Positions 1 through 12,083 of a stretch of DNA of 64,000 bases are shown here, in pieces. The stretch comes from a virus. Lineage: Duplodnaviria > Caudoviricetes. Where the stretch lies: IMG/VR virus record IMGVR_UViG_3300025653_000020, positions 44,872 to 108,871 of that record; one strand, given 5' to 3'. The notes under the pieces are model-generated. The model worked only from the letters and a program-made list of their open reading frames with translations, did not search any database and was not told where the DNA came from. The position numbers and the translations under genes were made by a program. Numbering within the stretch: the first letter of the stretch is position 1; every line of letters begins with the position of its first letter.

Positions 1-3000
1 TACCCTAACATCTTTTAGACCCAAAGGTTCTGCCAAAGTAGTTTCAAATGAAGTTGAAACTATAGGAGATTGGATCATATTGTCAATAGTAATTAATGAT
101 CTTTCATTCCCTCTTTTTCCAGTTAAAGTATGAGTTGTTCCTGTTCCATATGAAATCAAATCAAGATAATCTGGAACAGATTTTAGTGCTTGAGATGCAG
201 AAGCTGCGACTCTAACACTTAAATTATTATCTTTAATAATGTAAAGTTTTGTAGGTAGTATATCAGTCAATCCTATTCCAGGAACTGAAGTTAAAGCAAT
301 TCCAATTGGATCATCACCATTAGTATCATAAGTAACTTCTTCACCAGTACTGAAGTAATGATTTGGAATAATCAACTTATCATTATTAAGATCAACTGAT
401 GTAAAACTTGATGCATTAAAAGTTCTTCTTAAAATAGGATATCCATCATAGAATAAATCAAACTTTCTTTTAATTTCATTCTGAGTTCCAATATAATCCG
501 TGGTATATGAATTAATTTGTGATTCATTTAAATCTAAAATCAATTCATCAGGATTTTCTGGATTTTCCGTAATAGTCTTAACGCCTTGATAGAAAAACTT
601 AATAGCAATATTTTCACCAGCAACTGCAGGTGTAAATGATAATATGCAATTTTTACCGGAAACGGAAACACTAAAATCTCCAAGTGTATTTACGGTTGGA
701 TCATTTAAAACACTACCATAAACAGTAATATATGCATCAGAATCATTATTAACAGTTACAATTTCAAGAGCTTGGAGTTTTGAATTAAATCCTCCAAAAT
801 TTGAAGTGACAACAGCATAATAATATGCTCCACCATAAACTCTATTATGACGATGAACTTCAGCAGTATTTGTTGTTATTCCAATATTTACAATTCCACT
901 TTCAAGTCTAGTATTTGAAAGAACTAGAAGATCTGTATCAATAGCATCAAAGTCAGTATCAATGGAGGTTGATACCGTATTAACTTCTAGTGTGGCACCA
1001 TAAGATACTGAAGGAGTTGCTTCTACGATAATATCGTCTCCAGAAATTCTTGCAGAATATGCCGCATATCCAATTGGAGGATTTAATGCTTTTGTAAATA
1101 ATTTTCCATATTCTGTTATATAAACATCATTACCATCACTAACAATATTAAGTTCCACAGATTCTCTATAATCACCATTTTCATCATTTAATGTTGTCAG
1201 CAATTTATTTGCTTTGTATTCAGTTCCAACTCTAGCAATTTCAATTGCAGATGTGGTTCCGGCGGAAATTGATGCAGTTTGGTTTGTAAAAGTAACAACT
1301 GTACCTAAAGAATAAGTTTCTTGAGAAGTTGACCCCAATCCAACAAATGTATCAAATAAACTATAAGATACAAGTTCAATATCAAAATCATTAAATTCAA
1401 AGTCAAATGGATTGAATGTAATTTCTCCAAAGAATCCTCTAATTCTAAATTCAAATGTCCCCAACTCCCCAAAAGTTTCTACTTGACCATATTGTCCAAT
1501 ATAACCTTCCAAATCATCATGAATTAAAGAAATTAAACCAAATTGCCTTTCATTAAAGAATAGTTTATCTTTAACATATGCAAAGTATTTTCTATATCTA
1601 GTCTGGAATATTGGGAATTTGTCAACAACAACAAATCTCTCATCTCTTGGTACATTATTAAATTGACTACTAATATCCTCAATCACCAAAACTCTATTAT
1701 TAATAGATTCTGCATAGTCTTGAACAGGTATTGTATTAAATACCACTTGGTCAGATACAGTTCTACCATCAAGAAGGTATGTATTTTCTGAAACCATATC
1801 AAAATCAACATATGAATTGATATCAACAATTGAGAATATATCAGAAACTGAGTTCAATTCGGAATATGAAATTGAAGTTCTGTTTACTTCATCTGGTGTA
1901 GATTCAACTTCAAAAGTTGAAAACTTTTTAAATCCGGAAGCATGATTTAAACTTGATACAGCATCTTGCCATTCAGAAAACTGAGTTTTTGATTTCAGGT
2001 CATATGAGAAATATTGATAGTAAAAACTATCTTGTATTCTTTGAGTATTATCATTCAAGAATCCAACTCTGGTATCCCATCCTCTAGATACCACGGAAGA
2101 AGACCCAACCTTATATTCTGCATCATAGAACTGAACTTTTCCAACTATTCCACTCAAATTTGATGTTCTTCCCGTAATTCTGTCACCAGTTATAAATTTA
2201 TCCCCAGAAAGAACGCTTACAAATTCATTGTCTCTATCCCAATATTCTACTATTCCAGTAAATCCACTAGAAGTAAATACCTCTTCTCCAAGAATAAAGT
2301 TATTTTTCTGAAGAGTTATATTAAAAGTTGGGAAATATTTTTCTGGAACAAAATATCCAAACGTATTTACAGGTCTATATTCTCCAGGAATTTCATCTCC
2401 TTCAAGATATTCTGACATATCAATAGAAAATCTAGAAACATTTCCACCAATACCCTTAGCAACATTACTGACTGTGAATAATGCATAATTATAATTTGAA
2501 GAATTAATTCCCTTAACATTTTCATTAAAGGTTACTTCATTTGTTATTGGATCTACATTGACATCATTTACTTTGAAGTTTTCTAATAGAACTCTATCTC
2601 CATCATCGAAAGGAAAATCTGCAGTTGAACTAAACCCTTGATTTAAAGTAAATGTTAAAATCTTATCTTCAGGAACGTAACTTACAGAACTTACAGTAAT
2701 TCCATTGGAATTGTTAATTGGAATAATTATAGGAGTTTTATTAAACAATCCAGAACTATTTTGAATTATTTCAACCTTAACTTCTTCAGGAACAAATTTT
2801 AACTCAGATTGAGTATCGACCTTTCCAGACAACCCATCAATAACGACTAGATTTGGAGTAAGAGTATAATCCTTACCAGTAGAAACAACCTTAATACTTT
2901 CAAAAATACTTAAAGGCTCAACATTAATCAATTGAGGAAGATTTCCAGTGGGACGTAAACTATAGTCAACACTATAATCAAATCCGATATTCTTAAGATC

Positions 3001-6000
3001 TACTTTTGCCACAGATCCAATCTTATTACTGGATGGGAATAATAATGCACCTGTACCTGTTTTAGAGGTAATAGAAGTAATTCCTGGCAAAACTCTGTAC
3101 TTTCTATCTCTAGAAAGAACAGAAGCTTTTGTTATTTCCCCAAGAGTTGAATAAGAGTCTGTAGTATATAAAATAGATGCATTTGTTCCAGAATAAAAAG
3201 ATTTTTCAGGTTTCTTTTTTAAGAAATAATCAAAAAATGAAGTTCCTGTAAAAGAAACTTTATTATGACCAGAATATACACTATCCAAAATAGTTATTGT
3301 GCTATTTTCTTTAATATTATCATCATCAATTCTATATTCAGTTTTTGAAATTGGAACGCTTAATGAAGTATTAACTAGTGTAAGCTTATAATATAATTTT
3401 TTAGGTGTGGTGTCATTTATTGATAAAGTTACTTTTGCATTATTTGTAACTCCTATAACACCAGTTTTAGTTACTTCAAAAGATGAATCATCTTTAGTCT
3501 TTAAAAACTTTTGCAAGAAATTTTCATCTTCATAAATGTCAAAGTCAAATGCAGGAACACTTGATTGATTGCTTATGAAAGAAAGTGAAGAATCGGTCAA
3601 ATCAAAATTGACAGTATCATTTCTATAAAGGTTTATGTTTGGATTAACTTCGGATATTTCCCCAAATAATGGAGTTGTAAGATCAATAACTACTGGATTC
3701 CTTCTAATAGACTCCTCATATGTAAGTGATAATTTAAATTCATTTTCATTTTCCACAACAACATAATAAATTTTATCATTCTCAAGGTCTGTTGGAGATA
3801 ATGTATTATGAATAATCTTTTGTCCTGTAAAGTAACCATGATTATTAATAATTAATGTATTTTTATCGAGGTTGGTATTATTATAAGATTTGGGATTAAA
3901 TACTAGTCTTCTATTTGCATCATTATATTTTACTTTTACACTTATTTGTTCATTCGATTTAAGATTGACAAAAATATTTTCATTGTAAAATAGTGATGGA
4001 TCTGATGAAGTATTTACTCTAGCAATATTTCTAGTCAAAATACCTTTTTGAACTTCCAAATCAGTTCTAAAGCTATGATAATCTCTAGTTCCCGAAGATA
4101 CAAAATATAATAACGACTCATTAGTTTCTGGATTTAAATATTCTCCTGTTGTACTCAAACCAACATATTGTGTAGAAATTCCAATATGATTTTCATCAAA
4201 TGCATATGCATAAAGATTATCAAAATCATCTAAAGCAACGGGACCACTTACTAAAATTGATGATCCACCATTATTTTTGTATAATAACCTATCCCCAGTC
4301 TTAATTCTGTGGTCCTTTAAGTATATACTTCTTGAAGGAATGCTTCTAGTAATCCATTTATCTACATAAGAAGTAACACCAGAACCCGCAATTGAAATTA
4401 TTTGATCAGTAGTAAGGGAAGATACATTATAATCTAAAACAATTGAATTTATACCAACATTAAGAACTTTTATCTTATCAATTATTGAATTGAAAGTAGT
4501 ATCTGTAGATCCTGTCAGAGAAACATAATCTCCAACTCTAAATGCAGATACATTTGTTAAATTGTTAAACACCAAACCAACTTTAAAATTTGGATCATTT
4601 GCAACTAAACTATCAGAAGAAATTCCGCATTGGTAGTTTGATGAATTTTTTTCAATAAATGCATTTGTTGTAGTAGTTCCAACACCAACAGAAATTTCTG
4701 GATTAAAATATAATTCTTTATTTACGGGATAATCCTTTTCTCCAGAATATGTAATTGTTGAGTTATTATCAACAGATGAAACACTAATAACTCTAGGGTC
4801 TTCAATAAGACTGGTTCCCGAAGGATATGATGTTGTAACACCACTTCTCAAAACTCTAATTTGAGAATTTATTGGGTCTACATTTAAGATTTTGAAAAAT
4901 TCTACATCATTTCCATTAAATATCTTATATACATCATTAGATCTAATTGCTGTTGGCTTTAAATTGCCAACAACTGTTATTTTTTCAGATTCATTTGGAG
5001 TAGACACTCCAAGTTCTTGATTTAATACAAGTCTATTTGAGGTAACATCAACAATAGACGTTACGTTTTTTTCTTTATTTGTAAGGAGTTCATTCAGACC
5101 AATAATATTTACAACATCATTATCGTTTAAACCATGTGGTGAAGAGGATATTCCAATAATAGTGTTTTTATTATTTGATGTCCCAAATTCAACATTCTCT
5201 ATTCCAAATGAATCCAATATAATCGAAGTAACGTCCTTACCCTTTACTTCAGAAACCTCGGCAAAAGATTTATTCCCATTTTCATCTTCACCAAATTCTA
5301 TAATATCTCCTACCTTATAATTTTCTCCACCAGATATGACATCAACTGTTTCAATTATACCTCTTTGAGTTCTAGAAACACTATTCAGTTGATTTTCATA
5401 TTCAATTGGATTAAAAATGTAATTATAAGTAGAAGTATCGCTAAGTAAATTGTATTGGTTTGTATTTCTTATAAGTTGATTTTCTTCAAATGAAATTATA
5501 TTTTGATTTGCACTTATATCAAAATTAAAGTCTATTACTTTCGACTTAAAATAATTTCCAATAAAATATGGGAAACTAGGTCTAAGGTAAGTTGTGCTGA
5601 ATTGAGCATCATATCCACCCAAAGATGAAAAATATGCATATATTCCATTTGGAAACTCTGGTGTTACACAAAATCTTCCATTATAATCATCAAGATCACC
5701 ATCTCCAACAAAAACATAGTCCTCAACAAAAAATCCTAAAGGAAAATCATTCAAACTTGGTCTATTTGTACCAGATATTGTTCGATAACCTGTACTTAAT
5801 TTTTTAATTGAACCTCCACCAGAAGGATTTGCAAATCCAAATGGACCATAAATTGGATTTCCGTCATATGCCCACCCAATAATAGGAGAGTGATATTCTG
5901 ATGTTATAGATTCTCTTCCATCAACAATCTCAAGATCTTTTTTATAAAAATCATTACCACCAATTCTTTTAGAAACAAGTAAGTCTTCTCTTAGTCTTCT

Positions 6001-9000
6001 TGGAGCATATGAATGAGTTATTTGAGTAATTCTTTCGCCATATTCATTTTTAGTATCAAGTAAAAATACATCATTATTCAATATTTGCTTTTTCAGAATT
6101 GCTCTTTCAACAGAATTGACATTCCACTTTTGAATTACCGCATCAAAAGAAGCGCCAGAACCTGAAGAAATAACATTTAAAAGTGTTCCATTGGTTTTAT
6201 AGTTTATACCTTCAGAAATTACATTTACTTCAACAATTCTTCCATTGGAAATAATTGGTACTAGTTTTGCCCCACTCCCCTCACCTTGTATTTCTATAGT
6301 AGGAGTTGAATTGTAAAATGAACCACCATTAACAATCAATACTCTCTTTATTTGTCCATTTGAAATAATTGCTTTCAACTCAGCGCCCGAACCATTTCTA
6401 ACCTCAATATTTGGCTGTCTGTTATAATTTAATATATCAGAAGAACCATAATTTAAACCAGAATTTTCGATGCAAGTCGATACAATAGAACCCCTAAATG
6501 CGGGAATAATATTTGGTTTAATATCATCAAGAGGTAAAGACTTATTCTTAAAATTACCAACAATATCAACTCTTATTGGTCTATAGTTTATTTCATAAGA
6601 ACCAGAACCAAAATTTTCAAAGTTTACAAAAATACTTCTTTTTAAGTTGAAATCTGGCGGATTTCCTGGAACTGTATTAATTCCACACAAATTAAATTCG
6701 TTAGAATTTATTACATTTACATAATATTCTGTATTTGTTGATAATCCAGATATGGGAGATCCACTAGAATTATATACTATAACCTCTCCCGTTTTATATC
6801 CATGATCTTCAATTTTTATAGAATTTTTATATAAATCTACATTCGAATTTGAAAATACGATCTTTTTATTGGTATAATTTTCTCCGGTTCTTGTAATTTT
6901 TATAGAACCTATAGTTGATTTTTTGTTAGCACTTTTCAAAAAGTGCTTTCCTGAAGCAAGAGAATCTAATTCAAACTCAATTGCATTTTCTCTATTAATA
7001 GAATCTGTAAAGTTTTTATATACCTTTAGAGTAAAATCTGTTTCCGGAGAAACAAAATAATCAATTTCTCTTTCCAATCCTTCAAGAGGAGCGTCGGTGT
7101 AATCATATAAAATTCTTTCACCCTCATAAAATTTATGTTTTATACTAAAAGTTATATTTCCTGATGTTGGAGTTGCAGTCGTAACATCTATTTGATTAGT
7201 ATTTGCAACAAATTCTACAAAATGATCAAAAACTGTCATTTCAGGAATTGCTATTGCACCAAATCCATTTCCTCCTGATATTTTTATTTCAGGAATTCCA
7301 TCCCAATCAAAACCACCCCCTAAAACGTCAATTTTTTCCAAAAATCCTTGAACATGAGATATTACAGAAGCTCCAGTTCCTGATTTGTCAGAAATATTTA
7401 AAATTGGTGGATTTATTACATCATATCCAGAACCCAAAGACTTTACATCAATTTTTTGTATAGATCCATAATATATAAAATCATTTGACTTATAATTAGC
7501 AATCTCAACTCCATTTGCCAAAACGCCAATAGTTCCCGAAGGTGTTAAAGTTTTTTCTTTAGGTATTTCTGGAGAAGATACTTTTTTGAAAATATTTTTT
7601 GGAGAAATTTTTCTAGAAAAATTCTGATTAGAATTTTCACTTTGATTTTGGAAAAATATTAATTCATTGGTAGACTTAAATATTTTATTCTGATTTCCAG
7701 TAAGTTTAGAAGTTGGAGAATTTACTGAAACATCAATAAAAATATTATTATCAAGATTACTTCTACTACTTGAAAGTTTTATTTTTGTGGAATTACTAAA
7801 TGTACCCAATGCTTTGACATAGTAAACTCCATTTGCAATATTTAAAGAATTGACTCCTTCTCCACTTTGATAATACAAAGCATCCCCAGTAACAAAGGCA
7901 TTTTTTCCAATATTTAAAACCTTATCTAAAATTTGAGGATTGCTTGGGTTTTGTTCTTCACTAATAAAGAAATCTTCACCCAAAACAACAGTATCATCAG
8001 TAATAATTAATGATTCCTTTCCATATTTTGGTAAAGATTGTGATGCAAGATATAAACTTCCACCAGAATCTCTATAAGTATTTTGAGTGTCAGTAATGTA
8101 GATATCATTATTATCAAATACTTCAGAATTATAATTGTAAGTGAATTTAGAAATTTCTCTTTCAATATTATATTCTTGCGTAGAATCAAAATTAAATGGC
8201 AATGAAACATTTATAGAAAAATCATCGACAATGGATTCAACTACAGCTTTATACTCATTAAGCAATCCGGAAGTTGATATTAATCTTGCACCATCTCCCA
8301 AATTGAAAAGATGTTTGTCACTTAATTGAACTCTAAAAATATTGTTTAGTGTATTGATTAATGATAAATTTTTTATTTTATAAGATGGTGATATATTCAA
8401 TCTCCAACAGTTAAATTGAGGATCTTTAATATCTTTTCCTAAAGTTCTTAAATTTATTCTATTTCCAGGAACAATATAACGAGAATTTTTATCAACTACA
8501 GGATCTGATAAAACTCCAGTAATTCTAAACTTAATTGGATTTTCATCATTACCAACCGTTAATCCACCTTCACAAACATAATCCAAGTAAATTTCCGTTT
8601 TAGAATCAATATTTCTATTGATTCCAGAGCAACCCAAAAACTGATTCAAATTTTTTCTTTGATAATCGATTTGTTGAGTTGTACCATCTTCATAATATAC
8701 AACCAACTTTCCATTAGTTTCTGGAAATCCATATGTAGAATCTACGGTAATTGACGAAGATCCGATGTCAATTCTTTCCAAAATAATAGTTTTTGGACCG
8801 ATAACAAATTCACCATAGACCGATCCTCTAAGATTAATATCTTTATTGAAATCAAAGTCAAGACCTATGGTATAGTAAGTTTTATCCTTTCTTGTAATTG
8901 TTTCAACTTTATTTACAGTTCCATATGCAGAGGATATAAATTCTTCACCATCAATTGATAGAGTATTTTGGAAAATTGTAGTATTAACTAAGTCTTTTGG

Positions 9001-9738
9001 ATCTCCTTCAATTGCTTCAATAACTAATTCCTGATTAATTCTATATTGAGCATCTGAAGGTCTAATCAAATAATCTCTTGGTTTGATGACTTTAACATCA
9101 TCCCCAAATAATGCTTTAAATAAAATTTTATAGGAAGCATCAGTTCCTTTAGAAGTATAAAAATCTTTTAACTGTTTGATCAAAAGATTTTTATTTACGC
9201 TTAGAGTATCGCTAGAAAAAAACTTTCTATTCTCAAATCCTGGTGCAAATTGAGTTTTTATTTTCTTAAAGAACTCATTTAAGAATAAAATATTTAAATT
9301 TTTGACAGATGCAGAATTTAAATGATCGCTTGCATTAGTTTTTTGAAAATCTAGACCATCTTCATATGAGGTAATCGCACTAAAACCTCTAACACAATCA
9401 TTAAATGTATTATATGTTTTTGACTTGTATAAAATAACCTCAGAATCGATTTGAATCAATCCATAACTATCAGGAAATCCTCTAGTACTAGATACGCGAA
9501 TACTATCATCAGCAAAAGAAATATCTTGAGTTAATTCCGTATATTCAATTAGAGATGCAATATTGTCAAGTTTTACATACTTATCAATATTTTGAAGTAT
9601 GTCCAGTACACCACCCTGATATTCTAATCCAGCGTAATATTCTTGGAATAGTTTTTCAACTAAAGGGTAAGTCTCCCTAACAAAATTTGGGAGTTGATTC
9701 TTTACAACATTACTAATTTTAACTCTTGTGCTTTGCAT
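1..9738 (-). CDS. gp7: Baseplate wedge initiator, gp7-like giant cyanophage protein (>3200 aa, 3' end outside window)
   Basis: Missing from the ORF track because it has no stop in the window. ATG at 9738 reads MQSTRVKISNVVKNQLPNFVRETYP...KDFYTSKGTDASYKILFKALFG; HSPIIGWAYDGNPIYGPFG near 5.85 kb; same frame at position 1 (EPLGLKDVRV). Directly follows gp6. Confidence 0.85.
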   Translation of the reverse strand, partial: MQSTRVKISNVVKNQLPNFVRETYPLVEKLFQEYYAGLEYQGGVLDILQNIDKYVKLDNIASLIEYTELTQDISFADDSIRVSSTRGFPDSYGLIQIDSEVILYKSKTYNTFNDCVRGFSAITSYEDGLDFQKTNASDHLNSASVKNLNILFLNEFFKKIKTQFAPGFENRKFFSSDTLSVNKNLLIKQLKDFYTSKGTDASYKILFKALFGDDVKVIKPRDYLIRPSDAQYRINQELVIEAIEGDPKDLVNTTIFQNTLSIDGEEFISSAYGTVNKVETITRKDKTYYTIGLDFDFNKDINLRGSVYGEFVIGPKTIILERIDIGSSSITVDSTYGFPETNGKLVVYYEDGTTQQIDYQRKNLNQFLGCSGINRNIDSKTEIYLDYVCEGGLTVGNDENPIKFRITGVLSDPVVDKNSRYIVPGNRINLRTLGKDIKDPQFNCWRLNISPSYKIKNLSLINTLNNIFRVQLSDKHLFNLGDGARLISTSGLLNEYKAVVESIVDDFSINVSLPFNFDSTQEYNIEREISKFTYNYNSEVFDNNDIYITDTQNTYRDSGGSLYLASQSLPKYGKESLIITDDTVVLGEDFFISEEQNPSNPQILDKVLNIGKNAFVTGDALYYQSGEGVNSLNIANGVYYVKALGTFSNSTKIKLSSSRSNLDNNIFIDVSVNSPTSKLTGNQNKIFKSTNELIFFQNQSENSNQNFSRKISPKNIFKKVSSPEIPKEKTLTPSGTIGVLANGVEIANYKSNDFIYYGSIQKIDVKSLGSGYDVINPPILNISDKSGTGASVISHVQGFLEKIDVLGGGFDWDGIPEIKISGGNGFGAIAIPEMTVFDHFVEFVANTNQIDVTTATPTSGNITFSIKHKFYEGERILYDYTDAPLEGLEREIDYFVSPETDFTLKVYKNFTDSINRENAIEFELDSLASGKHFLKSANKKSTIGSIKITRTGENYTNKKIVFSNSNVDLYKNSIKIEDHGYKTGEVIVYNSSGSPISGLSTNTEYYVNVINSNEFNLCGINTVPGNPPDFNLKRSIFVNFENFGSGSYEINYRPIRVDIVGNFKNKSLPLDDIKPNIIPAFRGSIVSTCIENSGLNYGSSDILNYNRQPNIEVRNGSGAELKAIISNGQIKRVLIVNGGSFYNSTPTIEIQGEGSGAKLVPIISNGRIVEVNVISEGINYKTNGTLLNVISSGSGASFDAVIQKWNVNSVERAILKKQILNNDVFLLDTKNEYGERITQITHSYAPRRLREDLLVSKRIGGNDFYKKDLEIVDGRESITSEYHSPIIGWAYDGNPIYGPFGFANPSGGGSIKKLSTGYRTISGTNRPSLNDFPLGFFVEDYVFVGDGDLDDYNGRFCVTPEFPNGIYAYFSSLGGYDAQFSTTYLRPSFPYFIGNYFKSKVIDFNFDISANQNIISFEENQLIRNTNQYNLLSDTSTYNYIFNPIEYENQLNSVSRTQRGIIETVDVISGGENYKVGDIIEFGEDENGNKSFAEVSEVKGKDVTSIILDSFGIENVEFGTSNNKNTIIGISSSPHGLNDNDVVNIIGLNELLTNKEKNVTSIVDVTSNRLVLNQELGVSTPNESEKITVVGNLKPTAIRSNDVYKIFNGNDVEFFKILNVDPINSQIRVLRSGVTTSYPSGTSLIEDPRVISVSSVDNNSTITYSGEKDYPVNKELYFNPEISVGVGTTTTNAFIEKNSSNYQCGISSDSLVANDPNFKVGLVFNNLTNVSAFRVGDYVSLTGSTDTTFNSIIDKIKVLNVGINSIVLDYNVSSLTTDQIISIAGSGVTSYVDKWITRSIPSRSIYLKDHRIKTGDRLLYKNNGGSSILVSGPVALDDFDNLYAYAFDENHIGISTQYVGLSTTGEYLNPETNESLLYFVSSGTRDYHSFRTDLEVQKGILTRNIARVNTSSDPSLFYNENIFVNLKSNEQISVKVKYNDANRRLVFNPKSYNNTNLDKNTLIINNHGYFTGQKIIHNTLSPTDLENDKIYYVVVENENEFKLSLTYEESIRRNPVVIDLTTPLFGEISEVNPNINLYRNDTVNFDLTDSSLSFISNQSSVPAFDFDIYEDENFLQKFLKTKDDSSFEVTKTGVIGVTNNAKVTLSINDTTPKKLYYKLTLVNTSLSVPISKTEYRIDDDNIKENSTITILDSVYSGHNKVSFTGTSFFDYFLKKKPEKSFYSGTNASILYTTDSYSTLGEITKASVLSRDRKYRVLPGITSITSKTGTGALLFPSSNKIGSVAKVDLKNIGFDYSVDYSLRPTGNLPQLINVEPLSIFESIKVVSTGKDYTLTPNLVVIDGLSGKVDTQSELKFVPEEVKVEIIQNSSGLFNKTPIIIPINNSNGITVSSVSYVPEDKILTFTLNQGFSSTADFPFDDGDRVLLENFKVNDVNVDPITNEVTFNENVKGINSSNYNYALFTVSNVAKGIGGNVSRFSIDMSEYLEGDEIPGEYRPVNTFGYFVPEKYFPTFNITLQKNNFILGEEVFTSSGFTGIVEYWDRDNEFVSVLSGDKFITGDRITGRTSNLSGIVGKVQFYDAEYKVGSSSVVSRGWDTRVGFLNDNTQRIQDSFYYQYFSYDLKSKTQFSEWQDAVSSLNHASGFKKFSTFEVESTPDEVNRTSISYSELNSVSDIFSIVDINSYVDFDMVSENTYLLDGRTVSDQVVFNTIPVQDYAESINNRVLVIEDISSQFNNVPRDERFVVVDKFPIFQTRYRKYFAYVKDKLFFNERQFGLISLIHDDLEGYIGQYGQVETFGELGTFEFRIRGFFGEITFNPFDFEFNDFDIELVSYSLFDTFVGLGSTSQETYSLGTVVTFTNQTASISAGTTSAIEIARVGTEYKANKLLTTLNDENGDYRESVELNIVSDGNDVYITEYGKLFTKALNPPIGYAAYSARISGDDIIVEATPSVSYGATLEVNTVSTSIDTDFDAIDTDLLVLSNTRLESGIVNIGITTNTAEVHRHNRVYGGAYYYAVVTSNFGGFNSKLQALEIVTVNNDSDAYITVYGSVLNDPTVNTLGDFSVSVSGKNCILSFTPAVAGENIAIKFFYQGVKTITENPENPDELILDLNESQINSYTTDYIGTQNEIKRKFDLFYDGYPILRRTFNASSFTSVDLNNDKLIIPNHYFSTGEEVTYDTNGDDPIGIALTSVPGIGLTDILPTKLYIIKDNNLSVRVAASASQALKSVPDYLDLISYGTGTTHTLTGKRGNERSLITIDNMIQSPIVSTSFETTLAEPLGLKDVRV

Positions 9739-9743
9739 TTCTA

Positions 9744-11657
9744 TTAATCTCTAATTAATTTTCCATTCGTATAACTTGAGGTTGTAATATAATTACTTCC
9801 AGAAATATCATTTCCAGAAGAAATATTGTCACGAACTGCAGTAACGGTTATTTTATTGGTATCAAGCTGTAAATAAAGATCCTGTAAACCAATAACATCA
9901 TTTGATTTTGGTGTGGCAGAAATTTCCACAATAGATTCTCCACTATCTATAATCGTAGAAACAATGTTAATTGGATTCAATATAATTTCCCCTTTCACAT
10001 AATCTACAGTTCCAATAGATTGTCTAACCTGGACAGGTTCATCAGATTCTGTTGATATTTTGAATAAGAATAAACTTCCCGTTTTTAAATTTGCATTTGG
10101 TTTATCAGAAATGTAAACCGTTCCACTAATTCCAGCAACACTAAATCCAGATGTTTTTATATTAAACCCATCTCTATTTCTTACAAAAAGTTCGTTACCA
10201 AAGCAAATTTCATATTCTGCAAATTGATTAATAGATGCCCTAAAATCTCTTCTCAAAGAGACTTTAGTAATGTTTGAAGTAATAGAAGCATCGCTTTCGT
10301 CAATAATATTTAAAACTTTACTATACTTAAATCTAATATCACTACTATCAGATTCAAGAGATTTTGAGTACTTTTCTAAATTGGATATTACTTTATTTTT
10401 TGGTACTTGATCATTATTAGTTAAATTTTCATTATAATAAATTGTAGTATCCAGTTCAATGAATAAGTTTTTCAAATCAATAACTTCAACTACAATACCA
10501 GCAACTGTATATTTTCTTAGAAGATTTTTCAAATTTTGAGCAGCACTTGAAGATATAAAAGTACCACTCTGTGGTTTAACTGCAACAAAAACCTTTCCAT
10601 ATCTTGGTGGATTTAAGTCTTCACCACCAAAAACATTAACAGACTCCAGTTCTGGATATATTCTTGGGATAATTGCCTTAAAATCATTCGCGGTTACTGC
10701 TCTATTTTGAGAAGAGTAGTATTTTGGTGCGTAATTTCTAATTGATTGTACAGATTCAATCTCAGATCCACCAAATGAATTGGTGTTTGTTACAATATTT
10801 GAGATTCCGCGAGTAATAATTCCAATATTAGAGTCTAACTTACCAGCAAATGCAAATTGTGAAAGATTATTTCCCAATGATCCATTCGAAACCACATACG
10901 ATGCATTAATCAAATTAGATTCTTGTAATTTATCACCAAAAATACCATCACCAAAGATTATTTCATAGTACTGATTTTGTATTTCTTGAATAAAGAAAAT
11001 CTTGGAATCCGATCCAACATCAATAATATCCTGTGCTAAAGAATATTTTGTAGAAAGACTGGATAAAGGACTAGTATATACACGAACTGATAAAGTGCTA
11101 ATGTCAACATTTACATTATCAATGATATATCTTTGTGGTGGGTTTGGTATCTGAGAATTTACGAAAAACTCTGAACTTACTAAAGTTCCTTCATAAACTT
11201 CAATATTTTCAAAAAATGCAACTCCATTTACCACAGGAACTGAAATATCTTCTGTAGTAACAAATGTATAACTTTCTCCACTAAACTCAGATTCCGTAGT
11301 ACAAACTATACCCCTATTTAAGGTTATAACTCTTGGAATTGATGCGTAATTTGAAACATCAACAAAAAAGGATATATTTGCTCTTGCTGCAGTTCTTGAT
11401 CTTGGAACATATCCAATATTCCTTGCAAGGGAAACAATATTTTCTCTTAGTGTTGCACTATCAATAAAAACCTCACCGCTAATCATATTAGCGTTATACG
11501 AGGAAATATACGTATTATATGCAAGAATATCTATCAAGACCGACAAATTCGATCCTTCAAAATCATAATCCGTGAAATCTGAGCTTGATCCTAGGTAATC
11601 CTTAATAGATTGCCTTAATTGATCAAAATCTAAGTCTGTAAAATTTACTATTGCCAT
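9744..11657 (-). CDS. gp6: Baseplate wedge subunit gp6
   Basis: LDFDQLRQSIKDYL...DYDFEGSNLSVLIDILAYNT, SQNRAVTANDF, IIFGDGIFG; gp25-gp6-gp7 order typical of T4-like cyanophages. Confidence 0.93.
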   Translation of the reverse strand: MAIVNFTDLDFDQLRQSIKDYLGSSSDFTDYDFEGSNLSVLIDILAYNTYISSYNANMISGEVFIDSATLRENIVSLARNIGYVPRSRTAARANISFFVDVSNYASIPRVITLNRGIVCTTESEFSGESYTFVTTEDISVPVVNGVAFFENIEVYEGTLVSSEFFVNSQIPNPPQRYIIDNVNVDISTLSVRVYTSPLSSLSTKYSLAQDIIDVGSDSKIFFIQEIQNQYYEIIFGDGIFGDKLQESNLINASYVVSNGSLGNNLSQFAFAGKLDSNIGIITRGISNIVTNTNSFGGSEIESVQSIRNYAPKYYSSQNRAVTANDFKAIIPRIYPELESVNVFGGEDLNPPRYGKVFVAVKPQSGTFISSSAAQNLKNLLRKYTVAGIVVEVIDLKNLFIELDTTIYYNENLTNNDQVPKNKVISNLEKYSKSLESDSSDIRFKYSKVLNIIDESDASITSNITKVSLRRDFRASINQFAEYEICFGNELFVRNRDGFNIKTSGFSVAGISGTVYISDKPNANLKTGSLFLFKISTESDEPVQVRQSIGTVDYVKGEIILNPINIVSTIIDSGESIVEISATPKSNDVIGLQDLYLQLDTNKITVTAVRDNISSGNDISGSNYITTSSYTNGKLIRD

Positions 11658-12059
11658 TTATCGGGTTGGCTGTAATACAAAAACTAACTTTTGTGGTGGA
11701 ACATCTATACCTATAATATTATATTTTATAGTAACGTTAAATTCATTATTATCATAAATTGGATTTACAATAACATCAATTAATGAAACTCTTGGTTCAT
11801 AATTTCTAATTGTATTTTCAATTTGGGATTTAATACCATCTGCAGAAATTGAATCAATATTTTCAAATAAAGATCTACCAATATCAGATCCAACATCTGG
11901 ATTAAAAAACCTTTCACCTGGCAAAGTTAAAACCAGATTACGAACCGATCTTGCAATCGCGGTTTCATTTTTAATCGCTAAAATATCATAAGTCAATGGA
12001 TTGACCTGAAGAGATAAACTAATATCCTTAAATGATTTACTAATTCTCTCTACAGGCAT
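11658..12059 (-). CDS. gp25: Baseplate wedge subunit gp25
   Basis: AIARSVRNLVLTLPGERFFNPDVGS...NYEPRV, gp25/GPW signature. Confidence 0.93.
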   Translation of the reverse strand: MPVERISKSFKDISLSLQVNPLTYDILAIKNETAIARSVRNLVLTLPGERFFNPDVGSDIGRSLFENIDSISADGIKSQIENTIRNYEPRVSLIDVIVNPIYDNNEFNVTIKYNIIGIDVPPQKLVFVLQPTR

Positions 12060-12083
12060 TTATGAAAAGATATAGTCTCAAGT

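Noticed and set aside
1-9738. Apparent 9.7-kb non-coding gap in the ORF track
   Set aside because: It is one long minus-strand ORF whose stop lies outside the window; the small listed ORFs inside are spurious
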